Below are positions 23,082-37,390 of a DNA stretch of 64,000 bases, one piece after another. The stretch covers positions 15,068,001 to 15,132,000 of the forward strand of contig NC_087252.1 of NCBI RefSeq assembly GCF_037042905.1, read 5' to 3'. The stretch comes from Lytechinus pictus. Its lineage: Eukaryota. The translations under genes were made by a program, and so were the position numbers. Numbering within the stretch: the first letter of the stretch is position 1; every line of letters begins with the position of its first letter. Below the pieces are notes generated by a model, which was not told the origin of the DNA, made no database searches, and saw only the letters and a list, made by a program, of their open reading frames with translations.

Positions 23082-26000
23082 TAATAAAGCTTACACCAAA
23101 CTCTGCAAACGATGAGCACCAACTGGACAATCCTTTACTTTGATCATATTGCACATTTTAAAATTTCAAGTTCTTCTGCGGAAGATGTTTACATCAAGGT
23201 ATCGCAGCAAGGTCCGTACTGCTATCATTTGCTATATTATCATCGTCGGAAGTCATTCTACTGCGATGTGTGTGTCAACCCCCAAAAACCCATCAACACA
23301 GACCCAAGGGTGATCTTCTGAAGTTGTCTTCATGGTAAATCATGGTTTCAGCTTGAAGAGGCTTCCACGGTAGGACCTACAGGGGGGGGGGGGGACAGAA
23401 AGAATACAAGAAAACATTGAGTGAGAAAAATCTGTAATATCCTTGAGCATAACAATTCTCATCTTGGTAAAATTATGATACCCGGTAATCGTTTCATCAT
23501 TTCATATATTTTTTTTTCATTTATCAATATAACATGTTTATTTTTCCCGGTAATTCATAGTAAATAGTCAGAAAACTGAGCGCTTTTAAATTTTAATGGT
23601 ACACCTGTTTTAGCACCTTACAAATGTTAGAATTATTAAATATCATTATTATGAAAAGTTTTATCACTGATTTTCACTGGCCAATCAGATGCAAGCAGAC
23701 CTGCCAACCTCTGGGAATGAAAAAATTGTATTCTGTGATTAAAAAAACTGCATTTTCCCTAAAAAGCTGCATTTCATAATAAAATGCGTGGCGCGCACGC
23801 TCATCGCGGCGCTCAAGCTGCATGCAAGCTAAAATGCGCACTGCTCTTGCAGATGGAAAAAAAATGACATGTGTATATCTCACCCTGGTTTTATAACAAA
23901 TGATTGAAAAAAATAACAATACCTGAAATTACATTGATCCAATATTACCATATTTGTTTTGTTTTTTTTGTGTTTTTTTTTTACAAAATCGTATTTTTTA
24001 AAGAAAAAACATACTGTAGTATTTTGGTTGCAAAAACGTACTAAATACGCCAAAAACGTACTGTGCAAGGATTTGCAGTATCTGTCAGTGAAAATCCCGA
24101 AAAAGCTTTTCATGGATTGTAGTTAAATTGAGTTAAAGACCAGAATCAGAAGTCTTAAAAAGTGAAGAATCTGAGCCATTATGAATATGTTATCACTCCA
24201 CGTGAACTTTCAGTCCTTTGAACATCAGTTTCTATTTTCTTGTTGTATTCGTAGAAAAAAAATCTGAATTCACTATTTTAAAATTCCTTCTGGAGGAGAA
24301 ATATAGGCTACATGTATGTTGAATTTTCTCTAATTGTGAGCAAAATATTTTCATAATTTTTTTAAACCAACCCCTGACATTTCATTCAGTCTTTTTTTTT
24401 CTATTTCAAGGATTTGGGGTAATTATGCTAGATCCAAACATACATGTAGTACCATATATGGGAAGGATCATACACATGTACCACACAAATAAAAGCTGTC
24501 GATTCCTACATTACAGCCATACAGGACCTGCCAAAACAGATACAGAAACATATGATTTCGTAATTATTCATTCGTATCACACACAATATTTTTTTATAAT
24601 TCTATCAGACCTCCACAACATACCTACATCAAGAGAAGAAAAAAAAAGAAATAAAGATTACTTTATAATATTCTTGTTCTGATCACATCTAGTGATGAAG
24701 AGCACACATTATACAACGTTTTTCAAGCACCTTAAAAATTGAAATATTCATATCAGACTTTATCAAAGAAATTTTTATTAGTCTCCTCACGTCATGACCC
24801 TACTCATATTCATTGACATACATGTAGCACTGTGCACTGTTTATTTGGAAACAAATTCATACTTCAAAATGCTGTAAAAACTCTTATTTTATATCAGTTT
24901 TGCTTGATATGTCTTAGGGTGTGTTCAATGTCAGTTTCCAAATTTAAATGGCAACATGAATCATGATTGAATACATGATTACAAAACACGATATAAAATT
25001 ATTTTTTTGAGAAAAAAGGGTGGGTTCAATGTCCTCCATTCCCATTCGTAAAAGTAAACGTCTTTCAAATCCGGATTCAGAGGAAACTTTAAACGTCAAA
25101 TATATGCGTTTGTTCGGTACATCTACACAATGAGCATTGTATTTTATATAACATAAAGGAATATAAAGGTTGCAGGGGTTGCCATTTTTCAGGCATACAC
25201 TTTACATGTACTGTACATTAAACAAACAAGTTTTAATTTACTAATAGCTTCAGGTTGTAAAAAAAGCAAAAAGGGAAAAAATACAGGAGGGAACTGAATT
25301 CATAATTCTCATAGCTTTTTGTACTTTAAGCACTCTCTGCAGATTGGATTTGATGATATTACATGTATAAATCAGATATATATATATATGTATCTCCTTA
25401 TATTTTTCAGACGCTTCTGACGAAGTCTCAATTAAAAGACGAAAGCTGAAGCAAATAATGGTGTCCTGCGTCATCTGTTGAGTTGGCCTCGCCTCATCTC
25501 ATTATATATACATGTATATATTGTTATTACTGTACACAGTATTCAAAGCAATGAAAGTGAATACCGATTCATATTATGTCATTACACGTACAAGTTGGCC
25601 AACGTATTTGTAATTAGTATGTAATGTAGGTTGATCACTGACCTACATGTCTGATCCTCTTTTTATATCCATTTCCTCAACAATAAATGAAAGGGAAAAC
25701 AGCTGTCCCGTTATTATGCAAACAATCATCCGTACAGCACTAGTCAAAGAGACCAACCAAACAAGGGATTATCTGCCCAACACATGAACATACACAACAT
25801 GAATGTATAGTGTACTAATTACTTACCGGTACATACTACATGTTCACACTACAGTCATGCAGATCGTACGCTGCAACGCAGGACTTTGCAAATTTGTATG
25901 TTTTGAGTAGCCATCCTTGATATCAATGGTACAGTAGCAGACATGAGAAAGCGATAGGCTCATTAATAGCTGCTGAATACAACAAGTAGTGATGACTGTA

Positions 26001-26139
26001 TGAGGGGCAGCCAGCTTCCTCTTCATATGTGTGCGCACACATGAACCAGGTATGAGTGCCAGGCTGATATCAAGCTGAGCTGTGCCAAGACAACGCACAC
26101 ACATACTAATGTTGCATTCTGTGTGCTTTTGTGTGTGAC

Positions 26140-27085
26140 AATAATACAAACAGCTGGTAGTAGTAGACCCTGTTCACACTATTTCTGTGTGAGAATAATA
26201 TCAAGTAGTAGAAGACCCTATTCATACTGTTGCTCTTTCTGTATGAGAATAAAATATGTGTGAAAAACAATATCGTGCTCAGTGTAAGAATAATAATACT
26301 GTATGACTGTAAAAACAGCTGGTATTTAAGATTAGATCATGTTTAACTCTGTTCTGTGTGAGAATAAAGTCTACAGCATGTAGTAAACCCTGTTCATACT
26401 GTTTGTATTAATGTTACCGGTACTCTCTCTCTGTACAAGAATAATACATGAACACCTATAGCCACAAAGTTGGTAGTAAGTAGACCTTGTTCACACTTTT
26501 ATTTCAATGTTGCTGTGTATGAATAAGAGAAAGAGAATTGCATAGTACTGTACATGTAGATCGTGTGCACACTCAATGTGTTTGTGTAAGAATACTACAT
26601 ACTTGTACATGTACAGCAGGTAGAAGACCCTGTTCACACTGTTGATATTGACGTGTGACAGAATATACATGTACATGTATATAGGTGAAAGGTAGTATTA
26701 GTCCATGTTCACGCTGTTTAAATCAATATGTGTGAGAATAATACAAACAGCTGGTAGTGCACATAGAAGATCCTGTTAAAAGTGTCATATCAATGTTGCT
26801 CTCTCTCTCTGAGACATGTGTGTGAGAATAATAGTAGTATTTATATTCACATTTTTTACACTAGTGTTGCTCTCTGTGTATAAGAATATTAAATACAAAC
26901 AGCTGGTAGGTGTAGACCCTTTTCACACTGTTCATATTAATGTGTGTGAGAATAAGACATACATGTACAACTGATATTAGACCCTGTTCACACTGTTTAA
27001 AGTGAAATTGCTGTGTGCGTATTAAAGATAGTGAGAAAGTACTACTGCAGTCCTAATACCATGTTCACACTGTCATATCTGTGAG
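26140..27085 (+). repeat. Degenerate minisatellite, ~55-70-bp unit
   Basis: The motif AACAGCTGGTAG..AGACCCTGTTCACACTG..TGTGTGAGAATAATA recurs about a dozen or more times. Confidence 0.75.
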
Positions 27086-27109
27086 AAAAGTATGTACTGA
27101 AGGCTAGAA

Positions 27110-27215
27110 GTGGCAAAGGCAGATAATGCCTTGCCAAAGGACACAGGTGCTGTAATGGGATTTGAACCCTGGAACTTGTGGTTCAAAGTCTGCAGACTGA
27201 GCCACATCACCTATA
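27110..27215 (-). mobile_element. tRNA-derived SINE 5' fragment
   Basis: The minus strand reads TGGCTCAGT (A-box-like) ... GGTTCAAATCC (B-box), followed by GTGTCCTTTGGCAAGGCATT, a typical SINE body start. Confidence 0.6.
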
Positions 27216-28921
27216 TGGTCTCTTAAAAACAGGTATCTTTGGATGACAATAGTAATAGTAATTATGGTGATGTCTTTTAATGATGCACACATCATCCAGA
27301 CACTCATGGCACTCGACAAGCAACAGTTCCTTTCATAGACACAGAAAAACTACACATATACAAGTACACAGTCTACGAATGTACAAAAGGTACATACTAA
27401 ATAGATCACAAGGTTCTGAGACAGATTCCTTCATCAGGACTATTACATCAAAATGCTGGCAAGGTGTTAATCTACACTTGCCTCACTCAACCCAGGTGAG
27501 GAAAATAAGTACTCCTGTAAGAGATTTGTTCCCTATTAAAGCCATCATTGGCTGTTAATACACGGAAGCCAGGGTGATAATATGCAGGCCAGGGTAAAGG
27601 GAGAGATGTACAAGTTTTTACAATAATGTACCGTACAAGGAATGAAGAAGTTCATTTCTATATTAAGCTCGCCATCATTGACTATCTTCAAATCAAAATT
27701 GAAAACATATCTCTTTAGTTAAGGAAATTTACTAAAAAGAGCTCTGAACAAGCGCAGCTGAATATATTAATATAAAATCTTATTATTATTATACGAGATC
27801 TCAAAGGGCTGTTGATGTCTTGTCAACCACACAAACCAATAGATGAATGAATGCTGGCAGTCGTCAAAGGGATTCCCCAGACTGAAAATTATATGATTTT
27901 ATCAACACATTTTAGAGTAAAATCATATAAACAAAACACTAAAAAGTAAATCAAAATTGGACAAGGAGTTGACAAAAATTATGATTTTGATAATTCAAAG
28001 TTTTGCATAAATACATGAATTTCAGTGAAACAGTTGGTATTCACAATACATATGGGTAACAGAAACTTTTTCAACTACTGCCAAAATCGGAGATAAGCTA
28101 GCACTGCACAGTGAGTGGGGATTTTCGGGGGCTCTTTTGAGAACTTCAGGGGCGAAATCGCCCCGAGAACCTAGGTGTAATTTTTTTTTCCTCGATATAT
28201 ATACATTGTATGCAACAACAAGCTGAAAGTGAAATCATCTAAAAACTGTTTATTATGTGAAATTACATTCAACATCTACCCTGCAATAGTATTTAAATAA
28301 ATGAAAACAGGTACTGTGTATTGTAATATTATCAATGCTGATACTTTATTTTGTTACAAGAGAGACATGGGTTTACAAACACATATGAAAATTGCATTCT
28401 ACGTGTTTGATATCATATACATAAATAATTCTAGGTATCACCTGCATTCACCCACATGAAAACACTTGCACTTCTTTAATACCATACATGTATCGAGTTT
28501 ATATTCTTCCCAACCGAGCTTCTATTTTTCAACATTTTCTATTTCGTGACATCATTTTGTCAAATTATATTTCATGACAGTTTTCATGTAGCCTCCTCTC
28601 CTAGCTGCTATGGCTTCAAGCATTTTTGTGCTTTACAAGTATTATAGCTGGCCCCTGTATTTTACTGAATTTTACTACATCACATGCTTTTAATATACAT
28701 GTATAATTTTAATTATCAGTCTTTGCCAGTATTATTTATAGAAATGTATTCATTAATATCTTTGTTATTACTGTATACATGTGAACATGTAATTTATTAT
28801 TGATTTATGAATAAAATGCAGCAACTCCTGCAAACAAATATATTAAGGAAAAGGAAAGTGTAGAGACATGGCATCATCAGCCCACCTATTACATGACGGC
28901 ATGTGTAAACTGCACAGTTCC

Positions 28922-30966
28922 CAGTGCTGCCACCAAACGGATATCCGAACGGTTTCCGCCCGCGTGGACGGATAACGGTTTTCATTTTTCGGGTTCGGGT
29001 ATCCGTGGACACTGATTCACCACTTTCCTGTCACAAGAACTCATTAAATTTAGTAAGACTCACCAACAAAATTTATGAGTTTTAGTCGCCAATATAATCA
29101 CCAATATCAATTAATCTTCTTCGGTAATATATTCCCGCCGAAAAACATAGTTTTTATATCAGTTTTAAAACATGACCTTAAATCAGTTTTCGAGCATGAC
29201 CGTCAGTGAATGGAGTAAAGTTCCGTTCTGACAACGATGGCGATTTTACTATGGTGTCGCTTAAGATCGTTTTTCTTTCCCGTCTTATGTTTTGATGATT
29301 TCAAATGCGTAACTCATCGTATATTTTCTTACCTCGACTTCAATGCGAGTGAAGAATGAAGATAATTTGAAACCATTTAAGCGTCAAATAAATGTTGATC
29401 GGGTTACTCGGGTGTGTCATGTTGTTTCTTGTAATTTATTCATCAAATGCAAAATGAATTCTACTTTTTCTCACAGCAACTTTGGTTACATGTACTAATG
29501 AAGATGATTATTTTTGAAACTATGAAAAGTTGAAAACGTCGAATGAATGTTGATTGCGTGTGTCATGTTGTTTCTTGTAATTTATTCATCAAATGCAAAA
29601 GGAATTCTACTTTCTCACAGCAACTTTGGTTACAAATGAAGATGATTATTTTTGAAACTATGAAAAGTTGAAAACGTCGAATAAATGTTGATTGCGTGTG
29701 TCATGTTGTTTTTGTGATTTATTCATCAAATACAAAATGAATTCTACTTTTTCTCACGGCAACTTTCGTTACAAATGAAGATGATTATTTTTTAAATTAT
29801 GAAAACGTCGAATGAATGTTGGCTGCGTGTGTCATGTTGTTTTTTGTATTTTATTTAAATTGAAATGCGTAACAAAATATTCATTTTCAGTACTTTTTTC
29901 TCACATCAACTTTCGATATGAATGAAGAATGAAGATAATTTTGAAATCATGTAAACATCAAATACAAGTTGATTGGCCGTTTTATTTTGTTTCTTTTGAT
30001 TTATTTATCAAATCCGAAATAATGAATCATCCCTTTTCTTTCTTGAACTGTCATTAATAATGATTAATTAGAATGAAACTGTCCATTGTCGTAAACAACA
30101 ATACTTAAAAGGCGGTATCGTGCCAGAAAGGTTTATGATGTGTGCCCGCCGAGTATGTGGTTGGTTGTGAATCATCGTGTTTTGCAGTAAAACTTACTGG
30201 TGATGAATGTAAGTGATTAGTTACTGTGATTAAATCTTGTCTTGAATCTTTGTTAGAAGTGTGATTATGTTTCAGAAGTTGAGAAATGAGAAGCTTGGCT
30301 ATAATTTGGGGAATGGGGAGAAACCCGACATGAATATGAAAATATTCCAAGTACGATCCCATTTGAAGGTGTAGCGAGTGTAATGTGACCAAATATATAT
30401 CGGACGATTCACTCCAGACACGTCCAGACAGGACAGCACGTGCGTGAGCTGAATGATGTAGACCTGTCTGGTTTTAGACTTTTAGTAATAGTAGACTCGC
30501 ACTTACACTCGCCTCGGTCAAATTCATTGCATCTTATTTCATTCGATCGGAACTAAAAAATAAACACACATACTCTCGCAACCATTAAATGGGATCGTAA
30601 CTAGGCCCGACTTGTATAACTCAAATAATAGTCATTTACTAATAGCTTACACAGTCATACGATCTACATTTGTAGCCGTAGCCTCACGCTAACTCACATT
30701 AGTCAAATCCGATTGCAAAACAGATTCAACCCAAAATATTCAGCTTCTCGTAATTTTGTGGTTTTCAGAAATATTTTAATTAGCGCACGCTGACTCTCGC
30801 CATCATCGGATAGGTTCAAAACTCAAATATAACTGAAAATCTTAAATATAACTCAAATAAGTGCAAATGGATATTATTTCAGGGTAAAATTTCCGATACC
30901 CGTCCGCCGTCCGGTTTTCAGTGTCGGGTATCCGAATGTTGAAATATCCGTTTCAAGTCAGGCCTA
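28922..30966. mobile_element. ~2.0-kb non-autonomous DNA transposon with 5-bp TSD and internal ~120-bp tandem repeats
   Basis: TSD GTTCC (28917-28921 / 30967-30971). Imperfect TIRs share AAACGGATAT, with subterminal CGGGTATCCG motifs. About 5 repeats lie at 29340-30000. No long ORF. Confidence 0.7.
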
Positions 30967-31188
30967 GTTCCCAGGATTCAATAAAAAAAACAAATTCCCT
31001 GATTTTCCCTGAATAAAGTCTCAAAATCATTTCAATTGATTTTGCAGGTACAGTAACAGTTGGATCAACAGGAACTTCAAAATTTCCTGACTTTTCCCTG
31101 ATTCGAGGCAGTGCTTATCAAATTCCCTGATTTTCCCTTACTGGAAAAAAAATAATAAATTTCCTGATTTGTCTGAGTGGGAAGACTG
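30967..31188. mobile_element. Remainder of a TTCCCTGA-family MITE split by the 28922-30966 insertion
   Basis: It matches the 14660-15070 family. Its left end CACAGTTCC lies at 28913-28921. Confidence 0.6.
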
Positions 31189-31536
31189 CTTTCACAAAAA
31201 ATATTGCTTCTTTAAAATCATTTCTTTGACAATTTTTTTAAATTCCTGTTTATCCTGCAAATTTGTGAACTAGCCAATTCAACTTGCCATTGAACGGACA
31301 GTACATTATAATTGTAGGCCCCTATTTATTTCTGAACATACATGTAGATGGGAAAAATTAAGACTTAACATGTAGTTCTTAGTGACAATTTGCAGAGAGG
31401 CTCATTTTTGCTGGTATGACTTTCCAGAATTTGTGCAAGCGCAGAATTACAAAATTCTTAGAAAATTTATTATAGGCCTGACATGAAATACAACTGTAGT
31501 GACATTTATTTTAACACTCTTGAATCAATTTTATAA

Positions 31537-32137
31537 AGGGGTACTCAAGGCTGAAAAAAAAATGATTTGAACAGATGAAGGAAAATCAGACAAACAAAAC
31601 ACTGAAATTTGATCAAAATCAGACAACGAATAATAAAGTTATGGCATTTATAAAGATTTGCGTTATTCCGGTAAAACAGTTCTAGTCATGTCTTCATGAA
31701 GAGTTGTTGAACCAACTAATTTCATTCTTTTGTATTACATGTATATGATATTAGGTTTATTCAATTTTTTTCCTTCAAGAACCAAAAATGTTGGAATAAC
31801 AACTTAAAGTGCATATTCATTGCTAGTTGCTACAACTCAAATACAAGGGAGACATATCATTCACACCTGAATGAAAAAAGGAAACAATTATGATTTCATG
31901 GAATAACATAAGAAAAAGGATAGTGGGGATGTGATGTCATCAGTCCATCTAATGAATATTTAATGACGACGTGCATATATTAAACTGTTTTCACAATATA
32001 TTGCTAAACATCAAAATTCAATAACTTCCCTAGTATTTGTTATCAGATTTTGATGAAATTTTCAGCATTTTGCACTGTGAATTTTACTCTATTTAATAGA
32101 TATAATCATATAAATATTTTCAGCCAGGAGCATTGCT
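31537..32137 (+). mobile_element. ~600-bp TTAA-target MITE, second Kolobok-like family
   Basis: AGGGGTACTCAAGGCTGAAAA ... TTTTCAGCCAGGAGCATTGCT|TTAA. Fragments occur at 1-300, 1960-2400 and 60590-60820. Confidence 0.65.
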
Positions 32138-34161
32138 TTAAAATGCAAGTCACAAGCTAATAAAATAGGGATATACATGTATTGATTAATAGTCAATTAA
32201 TTTTTATAACAAGTCATATACATGTATGAAACTGGATCCAAAGTACATCATCACTCTTTTGCTCCTGCATGAGTTGATACAAATTGAGAACTTGTAGATT
32301 ATTATTCATCTTTAACTTTTACCATATCAAAAACGATGATACTATATGTTGCTAATAATCAACACTGCTTGAAGGAATACAAATTTCAAATAAAATTGGA
32401 TATAGAAACAATTTTCAATGATTTATCCACCCAATTTATTCAATTCATCCTCACATTTTTATTTCAGTACAGAAAAAAAGGTCATTGTTTTCCAGGACAG
32501 CAAAGAAGACAACATTCCTATAAAGTCTGAATGCATTATTCAGACAGTAAAAAGCAGAATATGATACTGAAACGCACCACCAATTTATGGATGAAAACCA
32601 CTCCACAGAGAAACTACAAGTACTATACTGATGTATATGGTTTCACTCTCGCCATCACCTATAAACTGATGTATGCATTATCGGTTTCTGCTCAACCAGA
32701 AGAGGTGTGATGTTACAAATTATTCCACAAACTTTGATTAAAAATTAATGGCTTGTTTGATGTACATGTATGTGGAGACTATTAACCGAAACCCCTCTTT
32801 TTCTTTTTATTCCTGAAACAAAATTTCCGTTCTGATTCTCCTGCTTCTGGTTTTACAAGGAGCCATTTTGTCTGATGCCATTTGGTGGAATATATTAGGC
32901 AATAAATTCAATGTTGTTTGAATTTGAATTTAAATTTGAATTCATTATAACAAACTTTAATAATTCATTTGGCATGAACATTTTGTTTTACCATTAATAT
33001 GTCTACCATCAATCTGGTTCATAAATTTGATCAAAGTTATTCAATCTTCACTTGTATTATGATTTCATAAATTTATTCCACTTTTGCCCTTTTGTACCAT
33101 TCTATACAAACTGTTCTTCTTATTTAAAATTCATCGTAGAGTAATTTTTTCTTTTTTTTGGAGGGAGCTGAAATTGCGAAACTGTCCACTTGCAGCTCAA
33201 TATAAGGAAAAGCTAGCAGACCCCGCAAATCTTGGTACTATATTTTCTTTCATCAGACGGGTTTGCTGCAAAATTATATCAATAATAAATTTGATTTTGC
33301 AGTAAAAGCTAATGGCACCTTTTGCAATAAAAGAAAGTCATCAGTGAGATTTAGATATGCTTTCATAAACATGCAGCATTTTTCCAAGATGAATTTTATC
33401 ATGTTAAGCTGAGAGTGTTCATGTTTTTTTTATTTAATGGTGAAATCAGAGAATTTCCCTGACGATACCTACCGGTAACTACCATTAACCACAAATGACA
33501 GGTATCAATTTTCTGCTGCATCTTGGTAATCAGAAAAGAGAACACTGAGCTAAAATGAATATCTGTGGTAAGGCTATGCAATGCATCCCTATTATGCTTT
33601 TCTCAAGTGCTGCATTTTCTCAACAACATACTATCGTGTAGTAGTCCTATCCTTTATAAAGGAAACCAAAACCCAAGAAGAGAAGCAATCTTAATATTGG
33701 AAAGAGGAAAACAAGAGGAACCATTTTAAAAAGTTTCATCAAAATCGGTTGTGAAATAAGCAAGTTATGGGCGTTTAAAATGTATTGTTGTACTATCTAT
33801 GGATATCCTCAAATTGGTAAACATGCTTCAAAATGGCTAAATTTTTGGGCAACCTTACATTTGATTTGTACACAAATTTTCAGATTTTCCCCTTATTTTA
33901 CATATTTCACATCATTTCCTCCTGACCTTGACATACAGTATGTGGTGTGAATTATATTTTCCCATGACATATATGTTATGCCCAGAAGGAAGCAAGATAA
34001 TACTTTAAAAATGGCAATTCAGCCACATCTATAGTTCCAGAAGGAAGCAAGATGCAATTTGAAAGATAATACTTTAAAAATGGCAATTCAGCCACATCTA
34101 TAGTTGGCAAAACTCTCCCCATTAGAGGGCAGTGCGTATGTGGAGGAGATCTTACGACCTG

Positions 34162-34431
34162 GGTCCCGTAACATAAAGGTTTTTTTTTAAATAGCGATTA
34201 ATCGTATGCTTGATTTTTACGATTGATTGTACATTTGTAAACAAATTTTCGGCATTTACTCCTGTGTTTAAGATTGCATGCTCACATAGGAGTAATGCCG
34301 AAAATTTGATCATAAATTATTATTACCTCCTATTAAAAGCCTCTTTATGTACTATGATTGTACATTGAAGTCAATGCAATCAATTATAAAAAAATGTTCT
34401 ACGATCATTGCTAAGCTTTGTGTTACGGGCC
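34162..34431. mobile_element. PIF/Harbinger-like MITE
   Basis: CTG|GGTCCCGTAACATAAAG ... CTTTGTGTTACGGGCC|CTA. Confidence 0.6.
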
Positions 34432-35792
34432 CTAGGAAACACAGTATCTGGTGGGCGTTTCATAAAGCTGTGTCCTGTTTGTTACGCCGTTCTCACTACC
34501 GTCCTAAAAAATAGTGGAAACGCGTGATGAGAACGGTCAAAGCCGTCTTGGAAGCAATCTTCCAACCGGTTCAGAAAACCACCTCGAGGTGCAGTTTTGA
34601 AGATCACTTTGCCTCGTCAAACTGGTTTAAGCTTTAATAAGTGAGGACACAAGCGTTCTTCGGGAAGTGATCTTCGAGCGTGCTATACTCCATGCACTGT
34701 ATGTGGAATCAATGCCTATGCTGCGGTTTCAAATTTCGCGTGTTCCTCACTCACTATTTCTTTGGTTTCTTATTGTTTGAATTACAATATTTCAATTTTT
34801 ACAGAATTGGCAATGAGGACCATCTTGACAAAACCATAAAGTGTTTAAACAAAGGTAATTTCACATATTCAGGGAGGAATAAAACTTTGATTCGTAGGAC
34901 ATTGAGGAGAAAATTAGAACATTTCATATTTCAGATAATAAAATATAAAAGAAATAGTGAGTGACGTCATCAGTTTTCTCATTTGCATACTGACCAGGAT
35001 ATACAAAGTCTGTTTTGTGAAAATTAGAAATGTCATAACATCCGACTGAAGTGATATGCTTGTTGAATTTTCTCTTTTTATTCAAATCAACTTTTTGTTG
35101 GGGTGGACTTGTTCTTTTACTTTAATGAACAGATCTGAAGAACACAGACAAAGACATATACTAAGTAATATTTTTGTTGTAGTATATGACTCTGAATACA
35201 TTTTGCAGAATGCTTGGCACTACATTTCTGGACATCAGAAAAATTCAGGAAATAATTTGGGCCCATTTTGCAGCACGGTGTGGCATGGCATTCTTGAATT
35301 AGCGCAGTTTGATTGCAACTAATTGCAACCAATCATTGAACTCTTTAAATTGGCAATGCAGAACAGTCTTTTAATATATTCCTATGTTTAAATTGGAAAA
35401 TTCTAATTAAATGTTACAATTATAATTAACTTAATATATTTGTTTATTTACAGTGATGCTCAAAATAGTGCTCTGTAACCCCACCAGAAATGAATATATT
35501 TAAAACGTTCAAGTTCTGCCATGTTTTATATCATTGTGAAGTCAGGTGATAAAATATTACATGTAAATTCAATAGAGTTTGTTTCTCTGGGCTCGCCGAA
35601 CATTGTAGTGTTGTTGTCGAAATTCAGCACTCAGCATGAAGGAGTGCATTTTGGAGTGGGGTTATTACATGTATGTATAAACTTTTGAACACAACTATTA
35701 TTTTGATTTGCTCAAATTGTGAAATTAGATCAATGCCAATGAGGGTTGCATACAATATATGGAAATTTCACATGCAATAATACATGTAATAA

Positions 35793-36399
35793 AGGTCAAG
35801 TCCACCCCAGCAAAATGTTGAATTGAATAGAGAAAAATCAAACTAGCATACATGTAACACTGAAAATTTCATCAAAATCGGATGTAAAATAAGAAAGTTA
35901 TGACATTTTAAAGTTTCGCCTATTTTCACAAAACAGTGATATGCGCAACTCAGTGACATGCAAATGAGTCAGTCGATGATGTCCATCACTCACTATTTCT
36001 TTAGTTTTTTATTGTTTGACTTTGAATTAATATTTCATTTTTGACAGATATGACCATAGGGACCGACTTGACTGAATCATATGGTATTAATTGTATTAAG
36101 CAATGCTAATATCACATGTTCAGGGAGGAATTGATCACTGTTTCACTTGACAAGGAGGAGAAAATTAGAATATTTCACATTTCATATAATAAAATACAAA
36201 AGAAATAGTGAGTGGATGACATCATCATTTGCATACCAACCAGGATTTGCATATATAACTGTTTTGTGAATTTAAGCGAAACTTTTAAATGTCATAACTT
36301 TCTTATTTACATCCGATTTTGATGAAATTTTCAGTGTTATGCTTGTTGGGTTTTTCTCTTTTTAATCAAATCAATTTTTTGTTGGGGTGGACTTGTCCT
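35793..36399 (+). mobile_element. ~600-bp Kolobok-like MITE, second full copy
   Basis: Same termini and internal sequence as 18573-19174. Confidence 0.8.
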
Positions 36400-36899
36400 T
36401 TAAAGAAAAAATATAAACTTGGGAATTACTTTTGCAAAATTCCCCAATGATTCTTTACATGTACACGTACAGTATAGGACTGGAGCATTATCCTTCGTCA
36501 AATTATTGGGAAAAACCAAACAAGGTGTAAACTATGAAAAATAATGCTTTACATCTCAAATGCAACACTTTGCACTACCAACAACATTTCCTTGGTGAAA
36601 TAAAAACAACAGCTTCCAAATATGCTAAAAATACAATAAATTGCCTTGGGAAAACAGGAAACAAAACTTAGTGTCAACAAATAAGGAAAAACACCATGGG
36701 GAAAAAACACCATGGATTCATCATAAAAGTGTGCATATTTTGAAACAATGTATGCAGTCTCAATTTTTCATTTTAATATAAAACCGGAAATGGAGAGTGA
36801 TTTTTAATATATGCATTCCAAACTTGTAGATAAACATTTCATGAGAAGCCCCCTCAAAAATTATAATAATATTAATAACAAATAAACAAATGAACCATC

Positions 36900-36986
36900 A
36901 AAGAGAGAAAGAAGGGAGGAAAAAGAAAGAGAAAGAAGAAAAAAGAAGGGAGACTCTAGGAGAGCAAGGAAGGAAGGAATAAAACA

Positions 36987-37074
<88 letters not shown>

Positions 37075-37390
37075 CAGAAAGAAAGAAAGAAAGAGACTAA
37101 AGACAGAAAGAAAGAAAGAACGAAAGAAAGAAATAAAGAAAGAAAAAAAAAAGAAAGAGAAAGAAAGAAGAAAAAAGAAGGGAGACTCCAGGAGAGAAAG
37201 GGAAGGGAGAAATAAAGAAAGAAAAAAAGAAAGAAAGAAAGAAAGAAAGAGACTAAAGACAGAAATAAAGAAAGAACGAAAGAAAGAAATAAAGAAAGAA
37301 AAAAAAAAGAAAGAGAAAGAAAGAAGAAAAAAGAAGGGAGACTCTAGGAGAGGAAGGAAGGAAGAAATAAAGAAAGAAAAAAAAAAACGA
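36900..37390 (+). repeat. (AAAG)n purine-rich microsatellite with ~120-160-bp superstructure
   Basis: Long AAAG runs, with AAGAAGGGAGACTC(T/C)AGGAGA recurring near 36945, 37178 and 37335. Confidence 0.9.

Noticed and set aside
22318..23084. Plus-strand ORFs of 116, 169 and 80 aa
   Set aside because: They are antisense shadows of the JAK FERM exon.
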